Assembly: GCA_027031685.1 (NCBI GenBank)
Contig: JALVPS010000223.1
Location: forward strand, 1 to 39,538
Length of the DNA stretch: 39,538 bases
Source of the DNA: Gammaproteobacteria bacterium
GTDB taxonomy: Bacteria; Pseudomonadota; Gammaproteobacteria; UWMA-0217
Reading direction: 5' to 3'
The translations under genes were made by a program, and so were the position numbers. A model generated the notes under the pieces. That model worked only from the letters and a program-made list of their open reading frames with translations. It did no database searches and was not told where the DNA came from. The number at the start of each line of letters is the position of its first letter. Positions within the stretch are counted from its first letter, which is position 1. Positions 22,363 through 33,200 of this stretch are shown in pieces.

Positions 22363-25300
22363 ATGGCCGATCTCACCATCAAGCTCGTCATGACCGCCGA
22401 CGGCACGCGCCTCACCCGCGCCGTGGACGCCGCCGGCCGCAAGGTGGGCGAGCTGGGCGGCAAGGCGCAGCGGGCGGGCGACGAGGCCAGCCGGGGGCTG
22501 GGCAGGGCCCGCGCCGGCGTCGAGTCCATCTCCCGCCAGCTCCAGAGCGCCAGGAAGTACGTCGTCTCCTATTTCGGCGCCTTCATGGCCATCGACGCCG
22601 TGGGCACCCTGCGCCGCATGGCCGACGGCTGGCAGTCCGTGCGCGCCCAGCTCATGGTCGCCACCAAGTCGCAGGCCGATTTCGGCTTTGCGCTGGATGA
22701 GGTCTATCGCATCGCCCAGAGCACCGGGGCGGAGCTGGAGAGCACCGGCAAGCTGTACGCCCGCCTCGCCACCGCCATCCAGGAGATGGGCGGCAACGTC
22801 CAGATGGCCAGCGTGGTGACGCAGGCCATGAACGACGCCCTCAAGATCAGCAAGGCCAGCACGGCCGAGGCGGCGTCGGCGCAAATCCAGTTCTCCCAGG
22901 CCATCGCCAGCGGGGTGCTGCGCGGCGAGGAATTCAACGCCGTCAACGAGGCCGCCCCGCCGTTGATGAAGGCCCTGGCGGAGCAGCTCGGCGTCACCCG
23001 TGGCGAGCTGCGCAAGATGGCCGAGGCCGGCCAGCTCACCGCCGACGTGGTGCTGCCGGCCATCATCAAGGCGAGCGGCGACCTGCGCGAGACATCCGAG
23101 CGCATGGGCGACACGATGGCCATGAGCTGGCAGAAGGTGGTCAACGCCATGCAGCGCTGGGTGGGGGAGAAGGACGAGGCCATCGGGGCCTCGCGGGCCA
23201 TCTCCAATGCGCTCAACGCTGTGGCCAACAACTTTGGCCTGGTGGGCGACGCCGTGCTGCGCCTGTCCACCGTGGCGATGGTGGGCTACGCGCTCAAGCT
23301 GGGCAAGGCCAAGACCGCCACTCTTGGGCTGGGCGGGGCCCTGACCGGCGCCCGCGCCAAGCTGCTCCAGTTCACCGTGCAGACCACCCGCTCCATGACC
23401 GCCGTCAAGCTGATGAGCGGGGCGCTCAAGACGCTCGGCCTGGCGGCCAGGGCCGTGTTTCCGATCTTCATCGCCTACGAGATCGGCAAGTATCTGTGGG
23501 ACAACTTCGCCACGGCCCGCAAGGCCATGCGCATCACCGTCACCGCCATGAAGAACGGCGGCGAGCGGATCAAGTTTGTGTTCAAGGCCCTGGGGGCCTA
23601 CATCAAGTGGGCGTTCAAGCGGGCGTTTGACGCCATCCGCAACCACTACGCCACCCTGTTGGAGTACGTCGCCAAGGGCTTCGACCTGATCGGCGGCGAC
23701 GCGATGGCCGCCAGGCTGCGCAAGGTGGTGGACGCCATCCGCCCGGCCCGCGATGCCGGCGTCCAGCTCGGCCAGGACATCGCGGAGGCGTACACCTACA
23801 TGACCAACGCCATCGAGGCCAACAACCGCGAGCTGGCCAAGGCGCTGGAGGCGGACGAAAAGGAGTTCGCCGCCAAGGGCAAGGTCAAACGCCAGGTGGA
23901 CGCCACCAGCCTGTCCCTGGGCAAGCTGTCCAAGCAGAATCGGACCAGCGCCAAGGCGGCCCGTGAAGCCGCCAAGGCCGCCGAGGAACAGCAGCGCGCC
24001 TACCGCGACCTGCTGCGGGAGATCAACCCCCTGCAGGCCGCCTCGGACGACTACGCCGCCAAGCTGGCCATCCTGCAGAAGGAGCTGGACGCCGGCCGCA
24101 TCACCGCCAAGGAGTACGAGGAGCAGGTCTGGGCGCTGGACCAGAAGATGCTCGGCTTCGGGGACGACGCCGAGGACACGGCGGACAAGGTGGCCAAGGC
24201 CGCCGATCCGATGGCCGATGCCTGGAAGCGCGCCACGGAGCGCATCGACCAGAGCTTTGCCGATGCCTTCAAGGGCGGCTTCAAGAGCTTCAAGGACTTC
24301 GCCGGCAACATCAAGAACGCCCTGCGCGACCTGCTGGCCGAGCTGGCCTACCAGCTCGCCAAGAGCAAGTTCTTCCAGCTCCTGGGCGGCCTGAGCGGCC
24401 GGGGCGGCTTCCTGGGCGGCCTGGGCAGCCTGGTGCCCTCCGGGGCCTTCGCCGCCGGCGAGGTGGGCGGCCTGCCGGGCGGTGGCCTGCCCGGTGGCGT
24501 GCCGGGCATGAGCGGTGTACTGGGCACCCAGATCGGCGCCACCACCCTGGGCGGCACCATGCTGGCCGCCGGTGGCGGCTATCTGGTGGGCGGCTTCCTG
24601 GAGGACCGGCTGGGCGGCAACGCGCAGATCGGCACCACCCTGGGGAGCACCGCCGGGATGATTATCGGCGGGCCGCTTGGGGCCGTTGTCGGCGGCGCCC
24701 TCGGGGGCCTGGTCGGCTCCATGTTCGGCGGCAAGTGGAAGACCCGCGACAGCGGCGTGGAGCTGTCCTACAGCGGCGGCGAGCTGACAGGACAGCAGTA
24801 CGAATACCAGAAGAAGCGCAACCTGTTCGGCAGCAAGACCCGCACCCGCCACAGCGAGCTGGACAGCAAGGTGCAGGCCGCCCTCAACCAGACGTTCGAC
24901 GCCATCGAGCAGGGCGTCCAGCAGATCGCGGACAACCTGGGCAGGGACGTGCAGGACGCCATCGACAGCTTCACCGCCGAGGGCAAGATCAGCCTCAAGG
25001 GCCTGTCCAAGGAGGCCGCCCAGGCCAAGTTGCAGGAGTGGGTGAACCGCACAGGCGGGCAGCTCATGGCCGCCGTCCTGCCGGAGTTTTCCGGCATCAT
25101 CCGCGCCGCCGGCGACCGCGCCGGGGAGCTGTTGCAGCCGCTGCTGAGCCTGTCGCAGTACATCGGGGAGGACTGGGCGCCGCACGTGGCCACCACCCTG
25201 ACCGGGGCGGCCCGCCAGGCCCGTGAGGCGGTGGAGCGCCAGCTTGCCGACTACGACGGCTCCGTGGAGGCCACCCAGCGCCTGGCCCAGGCGGTGCAAG

Positions 25301-25869
25301 CCCGCTACCAGGTGGAGCAGGAGCTGCTGCGCCAGATCGGCCAGGTGCGCGAGTCCGTCAAGGGCATGACCGACGACCTGCTGGCCGACCTGGGGCGCGC
25401 CCTGCGCAGCGATCAGGAGCAGTTCGACTGGCTGACCCAGCAGCGCCTGCTGCTGCGCCAGCAGCTCGAAGCCGCCAGCGACCCCGAGGAAATCCAGCGC
25501 CTCACCGCCAAGGTGCTCAGCGTCACCCGCGAGCAGATGCAGATGATGAGCGCCGAGCAGCTCAAGGCCAACGCCGAGAACATCACGGCCTTCGTGCGGC
25601 AGGTGCGCACCATCGCGGAGGACAAGCTGCGCCAGGCCGAGGAGGTGGTCAAGACCGAGCACCAGGAGATCGCCGGGGCCACCCGCGCCACCCTGCAGTC
25701 GGCCTCCCAGAGCATCGCGGAGGCGGCCCGCAACATGAACCAGGCCGCCGCCAACCTGAACGTCGCCGCCGCCAGCATGAACAACGCGGCCGGGGCGCAC
25801 ATCCAGGCGGCCAACGTCCAGACGCAGATTCTGGCCTGGAACTGGAACGGCTATGACAGCGGGTTCTGA
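22363..25869 (+). CDS. tail tape measure protein
   Basis: 1168 aa. N-terminal motif FSQAIASGVLRGEEFNAVNEAAPPLMKALAEQLGVTRGELRKMAEAGQLT, Gly-rich TM-like middle and long coiled coils. Confidence 0.9.
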   Translation: MADLTIKLVMTADGTRLTRAVDAAGRKVGELGGKAQRAGDEASRGLGRARAGVESISRQLQSARKYVVSYFGAFMAIDAVGTLRRMADGWQSVRAQLMVATKSQADFGFALDEVYRIAQSTGAELESTGKLYARLATAIQEMGGNVQMASVVTQAMNDALKISKASTAEAASAQIQFSQAIASGVLRGEEFNAVNEAAPPLMKALAEQLGVTRGELRKMAEAGQLTADVVLPAIIKASGDLRETSERMGDTMAMSWQKVVNAMQRWVGEKDEAIGASRAISNALNAVANNFGLVGDAVLRLSTVAMVGYALKLGKAKTATLGLGGALTGARAKLLQFTVQTTRSMTAVKLMSGALKTLGLAARAVFPIFIAYEIGKYLWDNFATARKAMRITVTAMKNGGERIKFVFKALGAYIKWAFKRAFDAIRNHYATLLEYVAKGFDLIGGDAMAARLRKVVDAIRPARDAGVQLGQDIAEAYTYMTNAIEANNRELAKALEADEKEFAAKGKVKRQVDATSLSLGKLSKQNRTSAKAAREAAKAAEEQQRAYRDLLREINPLQAASDDYAAKLAILQKELDAGRITAKEYEEQVWALDQKMLGFGDDAEDTADKVAKAADPMADAWKRATERIDQSFADAFKGGFKSFKDFAGNIKNALRDLLAELAYQLAKSKFFQLLGGLSGRGGFLGGLGSLVPSGAFAAGEVGGLPGGGLPGGVPGMSGVLGTQIGATTLGGTMLAAGGGYLVGGFLEDRLGGNAQIGTTLGSTAGMIIGGPLGAVVGGALGGLVGSMFGGKWKTRDSGVELSYSGGELTGQQYEYQKKRNLFGSKTRTRHSELDSKVQAALNQTFDAIEQGVQQIADNLGRDVQDAIDSFTAEGKISLKGLSKEAAQAKLQEWVNRTGGQLMAAVLPEFSGIIRAAGDRAGELLQPLLSLSQYIGEDWAPHVATTLTGAARQAREAVERQLADYDGSVEATQRLAQAVQARYQVEQELLRQIGQVRESVKGMTDDLLADLGRALRSDQEQFDWLTQQRLLLRQQLEAASDPEEIQRLTAKVLSVTREQMQMMSAEQLKANAENITAFVRQVRTIAEDKLRQAEEVVKTEHQEIAGATRATLQSASQSIAEAARNMNQAAANLNVAAASMNNAAGAHIQAANVQTQILAWNWNGYDSGF

Positions 25870-25871
25870 GG

Positions 25872-26378
25872 ATGCGTGACCTGACCGCCACCCTGGAAGC
25901 CCGCCTGGGGCGGGCCGTCACCGAGCCGGCGGGGCTGGCCGAGCTGACCCTGCCGGGCGGGCTGGTGGTGCGCGCCAGCACGCGGGGGGCCGTCACCTGG
26001 GACGGCCACACGTGGGACCACCCCCTGGACCTGGCCGGCCTGCGCGAGATCGCCGGCGGCGGCGTCCAGGGCACCCTGCGCCTGGACAACCGCGACCACG
26101 CCCTGACGCCGGCCCTGACCGGCGCCGACGACCCCCGTGGCGGCCCGGTGCGCGTCTGGCTGGGTGACGGGGATGAGATGGTGCTGATGCTGGCCGGTGA
26201 GCTGGACGCCGTGGGCGCCGTGTGGCCGGTGGCCGAGATCGCCATCACCTCCCAGGGCGTGCGCCGGATGCTGGCGCCACGGGTGCGCCTGTTGCCGCCG
26301 CTGGTGCGCCACCTGACGCCGCCCGGCACCATCATCGACTGGGGCGGCGAGCGCATCGTACTGGAGGCCGAGCGATGA
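25872..26378 (+). CDS. minor tail protein
   Basis: 168 aa directly after the tape measure. Confidence 0.55.
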   Translation: MRDLTATLEARLGRAVTEPAGLAELTLPGGLVVRASTRGAVTWDGHTWDHPLDLAGLREIAGGGVQGTLRLDNRDHALTPALTGADDPRGGPVRVWLGDGDEMVLMLAGELDAVGAVWPVAEIAITSQGVRRMLAPRVRLLPPLVRHLTPPGTIIDWGGERIVLEAER

Positions 26379-26725
26379 ACCGCTACCCCGATCTGCCCGT
26401 CGCCTGGGAGTCCCGCCTGCAACGCGAGGACGGCCGCGAGCTGACCGTCACCGCCGGTGGCGTGCTGCGCGGCCGCGACCTGTGGGCCGGCGCCCCGCTG
26501 GTGACCCTGGAGCTGGTGCACCCCTACATCGAGGCCGCAGACGCCACCGCCCTGGAGGCGTTCTACGCCGCCAACCGCAGCACCGAGTTCCTGTACGCCT
26601 GGCCGCTGGACCATAGCGGCCAGCCCCATGACTACCGGGTGCTGTTCGACGGCCCGCCGGAGATCGTCAAGGTAGGCCCGCAGCACTTCACGGCGCGGGT
26701 GCGTCTCAAGGGGCGTCGCACGTGA
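26375..26725 (+). CDS. minor tail protein
   Basis: ATGA overlap; 116 aa. Confidence 0.5.
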   Translation: MNRYPDLPVAWESRLQREDGRELTVTAGGVLRGRDLWAGAPLVTLELVHPYIEAADATALEAFYAANRSTEFLYAWPLDHSGQPHDYRVLFDGPPEIVKVGPQHFTARVRLKGRRT

Positions 26726-29622
26726 GCGGATTGCGCCACAAGACCCCGGCCCGCTATCTGGTGGGCGGGCGGCCGCCCACGGCCACGGGCACGGTGGCCG
26801 CCCACGGCGCCATCGCCCCGGTGGTGTACGGGGTGGCCCGCCTCGATGCGCGCCCGGCCATCGTCACCACCCGTGGCGACACCCTGCTGCTGGCCATCGT
26901 CTGGTGCATCGGCCCCATCGACGCCATCCAGGCCCTCACCATCAACGACCGCCCGCCGCCGTCCGAGGTGGTGGTGCGCCACTACCTGGGCACCCCCGAT
27001 CAGGGGGCGGACCCCGGCCTGCTGGCCGCCGACCCGGCCCTGGACGACACCATGCGCGGCACCATCGCCGGGCAGGACGTGGCCCTGGCCTGGTCGGTGC
27101 TGGAGATACCCGCCGGCGCCGTCAGCGGCTGGCCCCGCGTGGCGGCCACCATCCGGGGGCGCAAGGTGCACGACCCACGCAGCGGGCAGACCGTGTGGAG
27201 CGACAACCCGGCGCTGTGCCTGGCCGACTTCATCGCCTCGCCGGTGTACGGGCAGGGCCGGCCGGTGCGCGGGGTGGCGGCCGCCGCCGACGCCTGCGAC
27301 GAGCTGGTGGGGGGCGCCCACCGGCGGCGCATCGGCCTGGCACTGGACAGCCAGGCGCCGGCCACGCAGTGGGCCGAGACGCTGCGCACCTACGCCGGGG
27401 CCTTCACCGTGCCGGACGGCGACGGGGTGCGCCTGGTGCCGGACCGCCCGGCGGCCCCGGTGGCCACCATCACCGAGGCCAGCATCCTGCCGGACAGCCT
27501 GCGCATCACGCGCCCCTCCCTGCGCGATCAGCCCACCGTGGTGCGGGTGGAGTACACCGACACCGGCAGCCTGCCCTGGCGTACCGCCGCTGCGGTCGCG
27601 ATGGCCCCCGGCGTCGATACCGGCGCCACCCCCTGGCGCGAGGAGCGCATCAGCCTGCCGGGCATCCACGATGGCGCGCAGGCCATGCGCGAGGCGGCCG
27701 AGCGGCTGGCCTCGGCTACCCTGGGCGGCCTGTCGGTGAGCTGGACGCACACCGATGAGGCCCTGGCCCTGCAGGCGGGCGACGTGGTGCGCCTGTCCCT
27801 GCCGTGGCTGGACCGCCTGCTGCGCCTGCTGTCCGTGGAGGCCGACGGCCCCGGCCGCTGGCGCATCGAGGCCGCCGCCTACGACCCGGCCATGTACCCG
27901 GACGACACCAGCGGGGTGACCCTGGAGCTGCCCCCGCCCGTGCCCCGCGCCGACGAGATCGCCGCGCCCACCGTGGGCGGCGTCACGTCCGGCGGCGGGG
28001 TGTACCTGCAGGGGGCGGACGGCACCATCCTCAACCGCGTGCGCGTGGACCTGGCCCCGCCGCCCGATCCGAATCTGGACCACCTGGAAATCCGTTTCCG
28101 CCGCGCCGGCTCCAACGAGCCGTGGCAGGCCGGCACGGTGGAGGGCACCGTGGCCTGGCTGGCGCCGGTGGAGGACGGCGCCCTGTACGAGTTCCAGACC
28201 CGCGCCGTGAGCCGCGCCGGGGCCGTCTCCCCCTGGGTGGACGGCACGCACACCGTGCGCGCCAAGGACGTGCCGCCCCCCGGCGTCACCGGCCTGACCG
28301 TGACCGTCTCCCCCGCCGGCACGCGCAAGATCGCCTTCGCCTACCCCAATCCGCCGGCGGACCTGGCCGGCTTCCGCGTGCAATGGCAGGCCGGCGGCGA
28401 CTGGCAGGAGCTGCTGGACGGCCTCACCCAGCGGCGCCAGATCGAGACCAACGAGATGCCCGCCGGGCAGGTGAGCATCCGCGTGCGCGCCGAGGACCGC
28501 ACCGGCAACGTCTCCGGCTGGGCGACCGTCACCAGCAACATCGCCCAGGGGCCTGACGGCGTGTGGTACGACGTGGACCAGCGCATCGAGACGGAGCGCC
28601 AGCGCAACGACGGGCAGGATGGCACCCTGGTGACCCACGACGGGCGCATCACCACGGAGGCCGGGCGCAACGATGCCCAGGACGGCACGCTGGTGGTGCA
28701 CGACGGCCGCATCACCACCGAATCCGGGCGCAACGACGCGCAGGACGGCTCCCTCGTTTACCACGAGACCAACCTGATCCCGGCCGCGCAGAACACCGCG
28801 AACACGGCGCTGAACAAGGGCACGCACCTTGAGGTGGACGTGATTCCGCCCATCGACACCACGGCGACTACGGCCAAGAACGGCGTGGACCAGATTCAGC
28901 AGCAGGACCTGCCCACCCTGCAGCAGGAAGTGAATGACGTCAGGAACACCACCGAGGACGTGCAGAACCGCACCTTCGTGCTGGAGGGCCGCACCGACGA
29001 CCTGGACAACCGCGTCAACACCGCCCAGGGCAAGGCCGACAACGCCTACGACCGCGCCATCGAGGCCAAGAACGAGGCCATGAACGCCCTCAACGAGGCG
29101 GGCCTGAAAGCGCGGGTGTACTACCAGGGCGCGCCGCCGGGGGGCGCCCATGACGGCGACGTGTGGATCGACACCAGCAACAACTACCACCCCTGGGTGT
29201 ACCGCTACGGCGGCTGGCAGGATGCCTCAGTGCTCCAGGCCGACGTGATCCAGGCCGTGCACGTGGCCGCCTCCGCCATCCTGGCCGAGCACATCGCCGC
29301 CGGGGCCATCACGGCGGAGAAGATCGGGGCCGGCGAGATCAAGGCCGTGCACCTGGACGTCCAGAGGCTGGACGCCATCACTGCCAACCTGGGCTATGTC
29401 ACCGCCGGCACGCTGGCTGGCCCGGAGCGGTGGATTCAGCTCGGCGGCGGGGAGTTCCTGCGGGCGAACAAGAACGGGGCCGGTATGTTCATCGTGGACG
29501 CCAATGGGGCGACGTGGACACGTGATCTTTACGTCTGGGGGCGGTGGTACAGGAGGACCGCGCAGGGCTGTCTTTTCGATTATGAAGGGTACAAGAAACT
29601 TGAAGGAAACGAGGGGTGCTGA
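26722..29622 (+). CDS. host-specificity / central tail fibre protein (lambda J-like)
   Basis: 966 aa with a J-like N-terminal region, an FN3-like segment, 21-aa tandem repeats and a coiled-coil C-terminus. Confidence 0.75.
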   Translation: MSGLRHKTPARYLVGGRPPTATGTVAAHGAIAPVVYGVARLDARPAIVTTRGDTLLLAIVWCIGPIDAIQALTINDRPPPSEVVVRHYLGTPDQGADPGLLAADPALDDTMRGTIAGQDVALAWSVLEIPAGAVSGWPRVAATIRGRKVHDPRSGQTVWSDNPALCLADFIASPVYGQGRPVRGVAAAADACDELVGGAHRRRIGLALDSQAPATQWAETLRTYAGAFTVPDGDGVRLVPDRPAAPVATITEASILPDSLRITRPSLRDQPTVVRVEYTDTGSLPWRTAAAVAMAPGVDTGATPWREERISLPGIHDGAQAMREAAERLASATLGGLSVSWTHTDEALALQAGDVVRLSLPWLDRLLRLLSVEADGPGRWRIEAAAYDPAMYPDDTSGVTLELPPPVPRADEIAAPTVGGVTSGGGVYLQGADGTILNRVRVDLAPPPDPNLDHLEIRFRRAGSNEPWQAGTVEGTVAWLAPVEDGALYEFQTRAVSRAGAVSPWVDGTHTVRAKDVPPPGVTGLTVTVSPAGTRKIAFAYPNPPADLAGFRVQWQAGGDWQELLDGLTQRRQIETNEMPAGQVSIRVRAEDRTGNVSGWATVTSNIAQGPDGVWYDVDQRIETERQRNDGQDGTLVTHDGRITTEAGRNDAQDGTLVVHDGRITTESGRNDAQDGSLVYHETNLIPAAQNTANTALNKGTHLEVDVIPPIDTTATTAKNGVDQIQQQDLPTLQQEVNDVRNTTEDVQNRTFVLEGRTDDLDNRVNTAQGKADNAYDRAIEAKNEAMNALNEAGLKARVYYQGAPPGGAHDGDVWIDTSNNYHPWVYRYGGWQDASVLQADVIQAVHVAASAILAEHIAAGAITAEKIGAGEIKAVHLDVQRLDAITANLGYVTAGTLAGPERWIQLGGGEFLRANKNGAGMFIVDANGATWTRDLYVWGRWYRRTAQGCLFDYEGYKKLEGNEGC
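28594..28767 (+). repeat. 63-nt tandem repeat x2.8 (E-x-GRNDAQDGTLVxHDGRITT)
   Basis: Read directly in the J-like gene. Confidence 0.85.
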
Positions 29623-30221
29623 TGCCTTACTGGATCGCCATCATTGATGAGCAGGACCACATCGTCAGCAACGACATCCTGCCGGACGACCTGCCCCTGG
29701 AGAACCACGAGCTGCCGGCGGGCCGTACCGCCGTGCGCTCCGACTTCCCGGCCCCCAATCCCTTCGAGCACGTCATCGACCGCAGCACCGGCGCGCCTCG
29801 CGTGGTGGAGCGCGTGCCCCCGCTGGAGGAGATCAGGGAAGAAGGCCAGTACAAGGTGGATCGCATGGCCGGCGGCGCCCGCTCGCGCATCATCACCACC
29901 GTGCCCGGCCAGGCGGAGACGTACCTGGCCAAGGAGCGCGAGGCGCGGGACTGGCTGGCGGCGGAGGCGGCCGGCGACCAGCCGGTGCTGGCCGACTATC
30001 CCATGCTGCAGGCGGAGACGGCCGTGACCGGCCAGAGCGCCACGGAGGCGGCGCAGGCCATCGTCGCCAGGGCGGACCAGTGGCGCGTGCTGGGGGCGCG
30101 CATCGAGCGCGTGCGCCGACAGGGCAAGCTGGACATCGAGGCCGCCCCTGACGCGGCGGGGGTGGAGGCCGTCATCGAGCGCGTGCAGGCTGAGCTGCAG
30201 ACCATCATCACGGGAGGCTGA
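29622..30221 (+). CDS. tail fibre assembly / chaperone-like protein
   Basis: TGATG overlap. N-terminus MPYWIAIIDEQDHIVSN, typical of the small proteins that sit next to fibre genes. Confidence 0.4.
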   Translation: MPYWIAIIDEQDHIVSNDILPDDLPLENHELPAGRTAVRSDFPAPNPFEHVIDRSTGAPRVVERVPPLEEIREEGQYKVDRMAGGARSRIITTVPGQAETYLAKEREARDWLAAEAAGDQPVLADYPMLQAETAVTGQSATEAAQAIVARADQWRVLGARIERVRRQGKLDIEAAPDAAGVEAVIERVQAELQTIITGG

Positions 30222-30226
30222 CGACA

Positions 30227-33200
30227 ATGGCACTGATCGCCCGCTGGCAGTTCGACGAGGGCAGCGGCACCACGGCCGCCGGCAGCGCCGGCAGCGAGCC
30301 GGCCTGCTCGCTCATCGGCAGCGTCGGCTGGACCGCCGGCAAGTTCGGCCAGGCCATCCACGTGCCGCAGGACAGCGGCGCCCGTGGCGAGGTGGCGCAG
30401 TGGACCGGCTTCCAGAGCGCGCAGACGACGTTCTCCTACGCCGCATGGGTCAAGATGGACACCTGGACCGGCTCGCCCATCCTGGCCGTGGTGTCCGTGC
30501 CGTATGCCGCTGGCGACTGGCGGCGGGCCTTCCAGATCAGGGTGGCCCATTGGGACGGCACCATCATGGTGACGCTCTACGACGGGTCCAGCCATCAAAT
30601 CTTCGGCGGCAAGGCCATCAACGACGGTCAGTGGCACCATGTGGCCGTCACCTATGACGGCAGCACGGCGAAGCTGTACGTGGACGGCGACCCAGATGGC
30701 AGCATGGCCCTGTCGGGCTTTTCCGCGCCCTACACCGGCGAGGCCATCCAGGTGGCCGGCGACCGCAACGGCGCCAGCGACAGCCTGGCCGGCGCCCTGG
30801 ACGACCTGCGCATCTACGACCACGCCCTGAGCCAGAGCGAGATCCAGGGCCTGCTCAACCCCGTCACCGTGCTGGCCGGCGCCGATGCCACCCTGGGCCT
30901 CGACGCCACCGCCGGGGCCGTGGCCGTGCGCCACCAGCTGGCCGCCGTCTCCGCCGCCGCCGACACCACCGCCGGCGTGGGCGGGCTGGGGCAGCGCCAT
31001 GAGCTGGCCGGCCCGTCCGCCGCCGCCGACCTGACCGCCACCAGCGGCGCCCTCGTGCAGCGCCAGCGGCTCGCCGGCGCGGGCGCCACTGGCGACACCG
31101 GCGCCACCACCGGCCTGCTGCAACAGCTGCAGCGCCTGGCCGCGGCGGCCGCCGTGGCCAGCGCCCTCACCATGCCCGCCGCCGCCCTCACGCAGCGGCA
31201 CGGCCTGGCCGACGGCGCCCCCATCGTGCCCACCGCCGCCAGCGTGGCCGGTCTCGGCCAGCGGCACGAACTGGTGGGATTGGCCGCCGCCGCCGCCACC
31301 GAGGCCCCCGGCGCGGCCCTCACCCAACGGCACGCCCTGGGCGGGGCTGGCGTGGTGGTGGATGGCGCGGCCAACGGGGGCGCCCTGGGGCAGCGGCACG
31401 GGCTGGTGGGATGTGACGTCCTGGTATACAGCAACGCTGACTCGCAAGTCTGGCCGCTGACCATCGATGGGCAGACCAGCGGCGCGCAGCTTGGGTATAG
31501 ATGGATTATAGGTGACCTCATTGAGGTGCCGGACATCTCGCGCTCCTACCGGCTATCGGCCCTGTTGCGCCAGCGCACAGCGCCGGGGGCCGACCCCGAT
31601 TCCGATCCGCGCCACTATGCGGGTTTCTCCTGCTATGACGCTGATGTAAAAAGCATTTTTCCGCGTAATTTCTACATCCCAAACCCGGCCACCATGACCC
31701 GACTGGCGCAGCCGCTCGATTATGGCGACACCGAGATCGTGCTGGAGAGCACCGCCGGGTGGTCCACCGATATGCACTTCTTCTTTGCCGCCTATGGCTA
31801 CACCGACGGTCAGGGGCGCACCTATCCCGATTGGTACTACACCCGAGACCTCTTCTATTTGTTCAACCGGGCGAGCATTGACGGCAACCGCCTGGTTCTC
31901 TCCAAGCCGTGGTTGGGTCCACGCAAGCCGGCCGGCACGGCGGTGGCCAATACGCGGAATGCCAGTACCTACAACTATGTTCTGCGCGCATATAAGACGT
32001 TGCCGAGTGATTGGCGCCGATACGAGGCGCTTATCAAAGGGGAGCAGCCGTCAGTGCACGGGGTCTACTTCATCAATTTCCGCCCTGCCACACGCTTTGT
32101 ATCGCCCGTGTTGGGCGTTAATTACTGGGGCCCGCATACCATCGTCGAGTGGGACGGATGGGAGCTGGCTTCCGACGGCCCGCTCGCCCAACGCCATGGC
32201 CTGGCCGCCCCTTATGCCACCCTCGACACCGCCGCCGACCCCGGCCCGCTGGCCCAGTCCCATGCCCTGGCCGCGCCGGGGGCGGTGGCCGACCTGCAGG
32301 CGGACGCCGGCGCCATTCCCGTCCAGACCCATGTGCTGGCCCCGGCGGGGGTGTCCGCGCCCCTGCTGGCCGATGGCGGCGCGCTGGGGCAGCGCCACGG
32401 CCTGGCCGCCCTGTTCGCCGTGCTCACGGTGGCGGCGGACGGCGGCGGCGTCACGCCCACCCACGCCCTGGTGGGCGGCCCGCTCACCCTGAGCCTGGAT
32501 GCGGACACGGGCGCCCTGCGCCAGCACCAGCGCCTGGCCGGCGAGAACGCCACCATCGGCCTCTACCCCTGGCGCGAGGGGCTGGGCCAGACCCACGTGC
32601 TGGCCCCCGCGGCCCTGGCCGCCGACGGGGCGGCGGACGGCGGCCCGCTCGGCCAGCCGCTGCCGCTGGCGGGTGTCGGCGGCGAGCTGGCCACGGCCGC
32701 CGATGCCGGCCCGGCGCGGCAGGATCACGCCCTGGCCGCCACCGGCCCGACCGTGGAGGCCACCGCCACCGCCGACGGGCTGGGCCAGCGCCACGCCTTC
32801 GCCGGCGCGGGCGCCCAGGCCGGCAGCGACGCCACGGCCGGCCCCCTGGGCCAGCGCCATGCCCTGCAGGATGGCGGGGCCGTCACCACGCCCCAGGCCA
32901 CCACCGGCGCCGTCCTGCCCACCCACGTGCTGGCCCCCTGGCCCATGGTGGTGGAGACCGGCTCCCTCAATCCCGAGCTGATCGAGCACCACCTGCTGGC
33001 CGCCCTGCCGGCGGAGACGGCCACGGTGGTGCCCGGCCTGCGCCTCACCCAGCGCCACCCCCTGGCCGGGGCCGGGGCCGAGCTGCCCCTGCAGGCCGAC
33101 AGCGCCCCGCTCAGCCAGCGCCAGCGGCTCGCCGCCAGCCCGGCCGTGGTGGACACCGCGGCCGATGGGGGTGCGCTGGGGCAGGCCCACCGCCTGGCCG

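Noticed and set aside
22192-25800. 1202-aa ORF on the - strand opposite the tape measure gene
   Set aside because: It is the codon-aligned antisense shadow of a GC3-rich gene. It is composed almost only of G/A/V/D/E/L/P/R/Q/H and has no recognisable motifs. Only its last 49 codons (22192..22341), which lie outside the tape measure gene, are kept as a possible real small ORF.
26632-29190. 852-aa - strand ORF opposite the J-like gene. The same applies to 15800..17527 (-), 9986..11677 (-), 8374..9702 (-), 6490..7815 (-) and 33533..35305 (-).
   Set aside because: All are shadow frames of clearly recognisable + strand genes. They have low-complexity Gly/Ala/Arg/Pro-rich translations and no start context.
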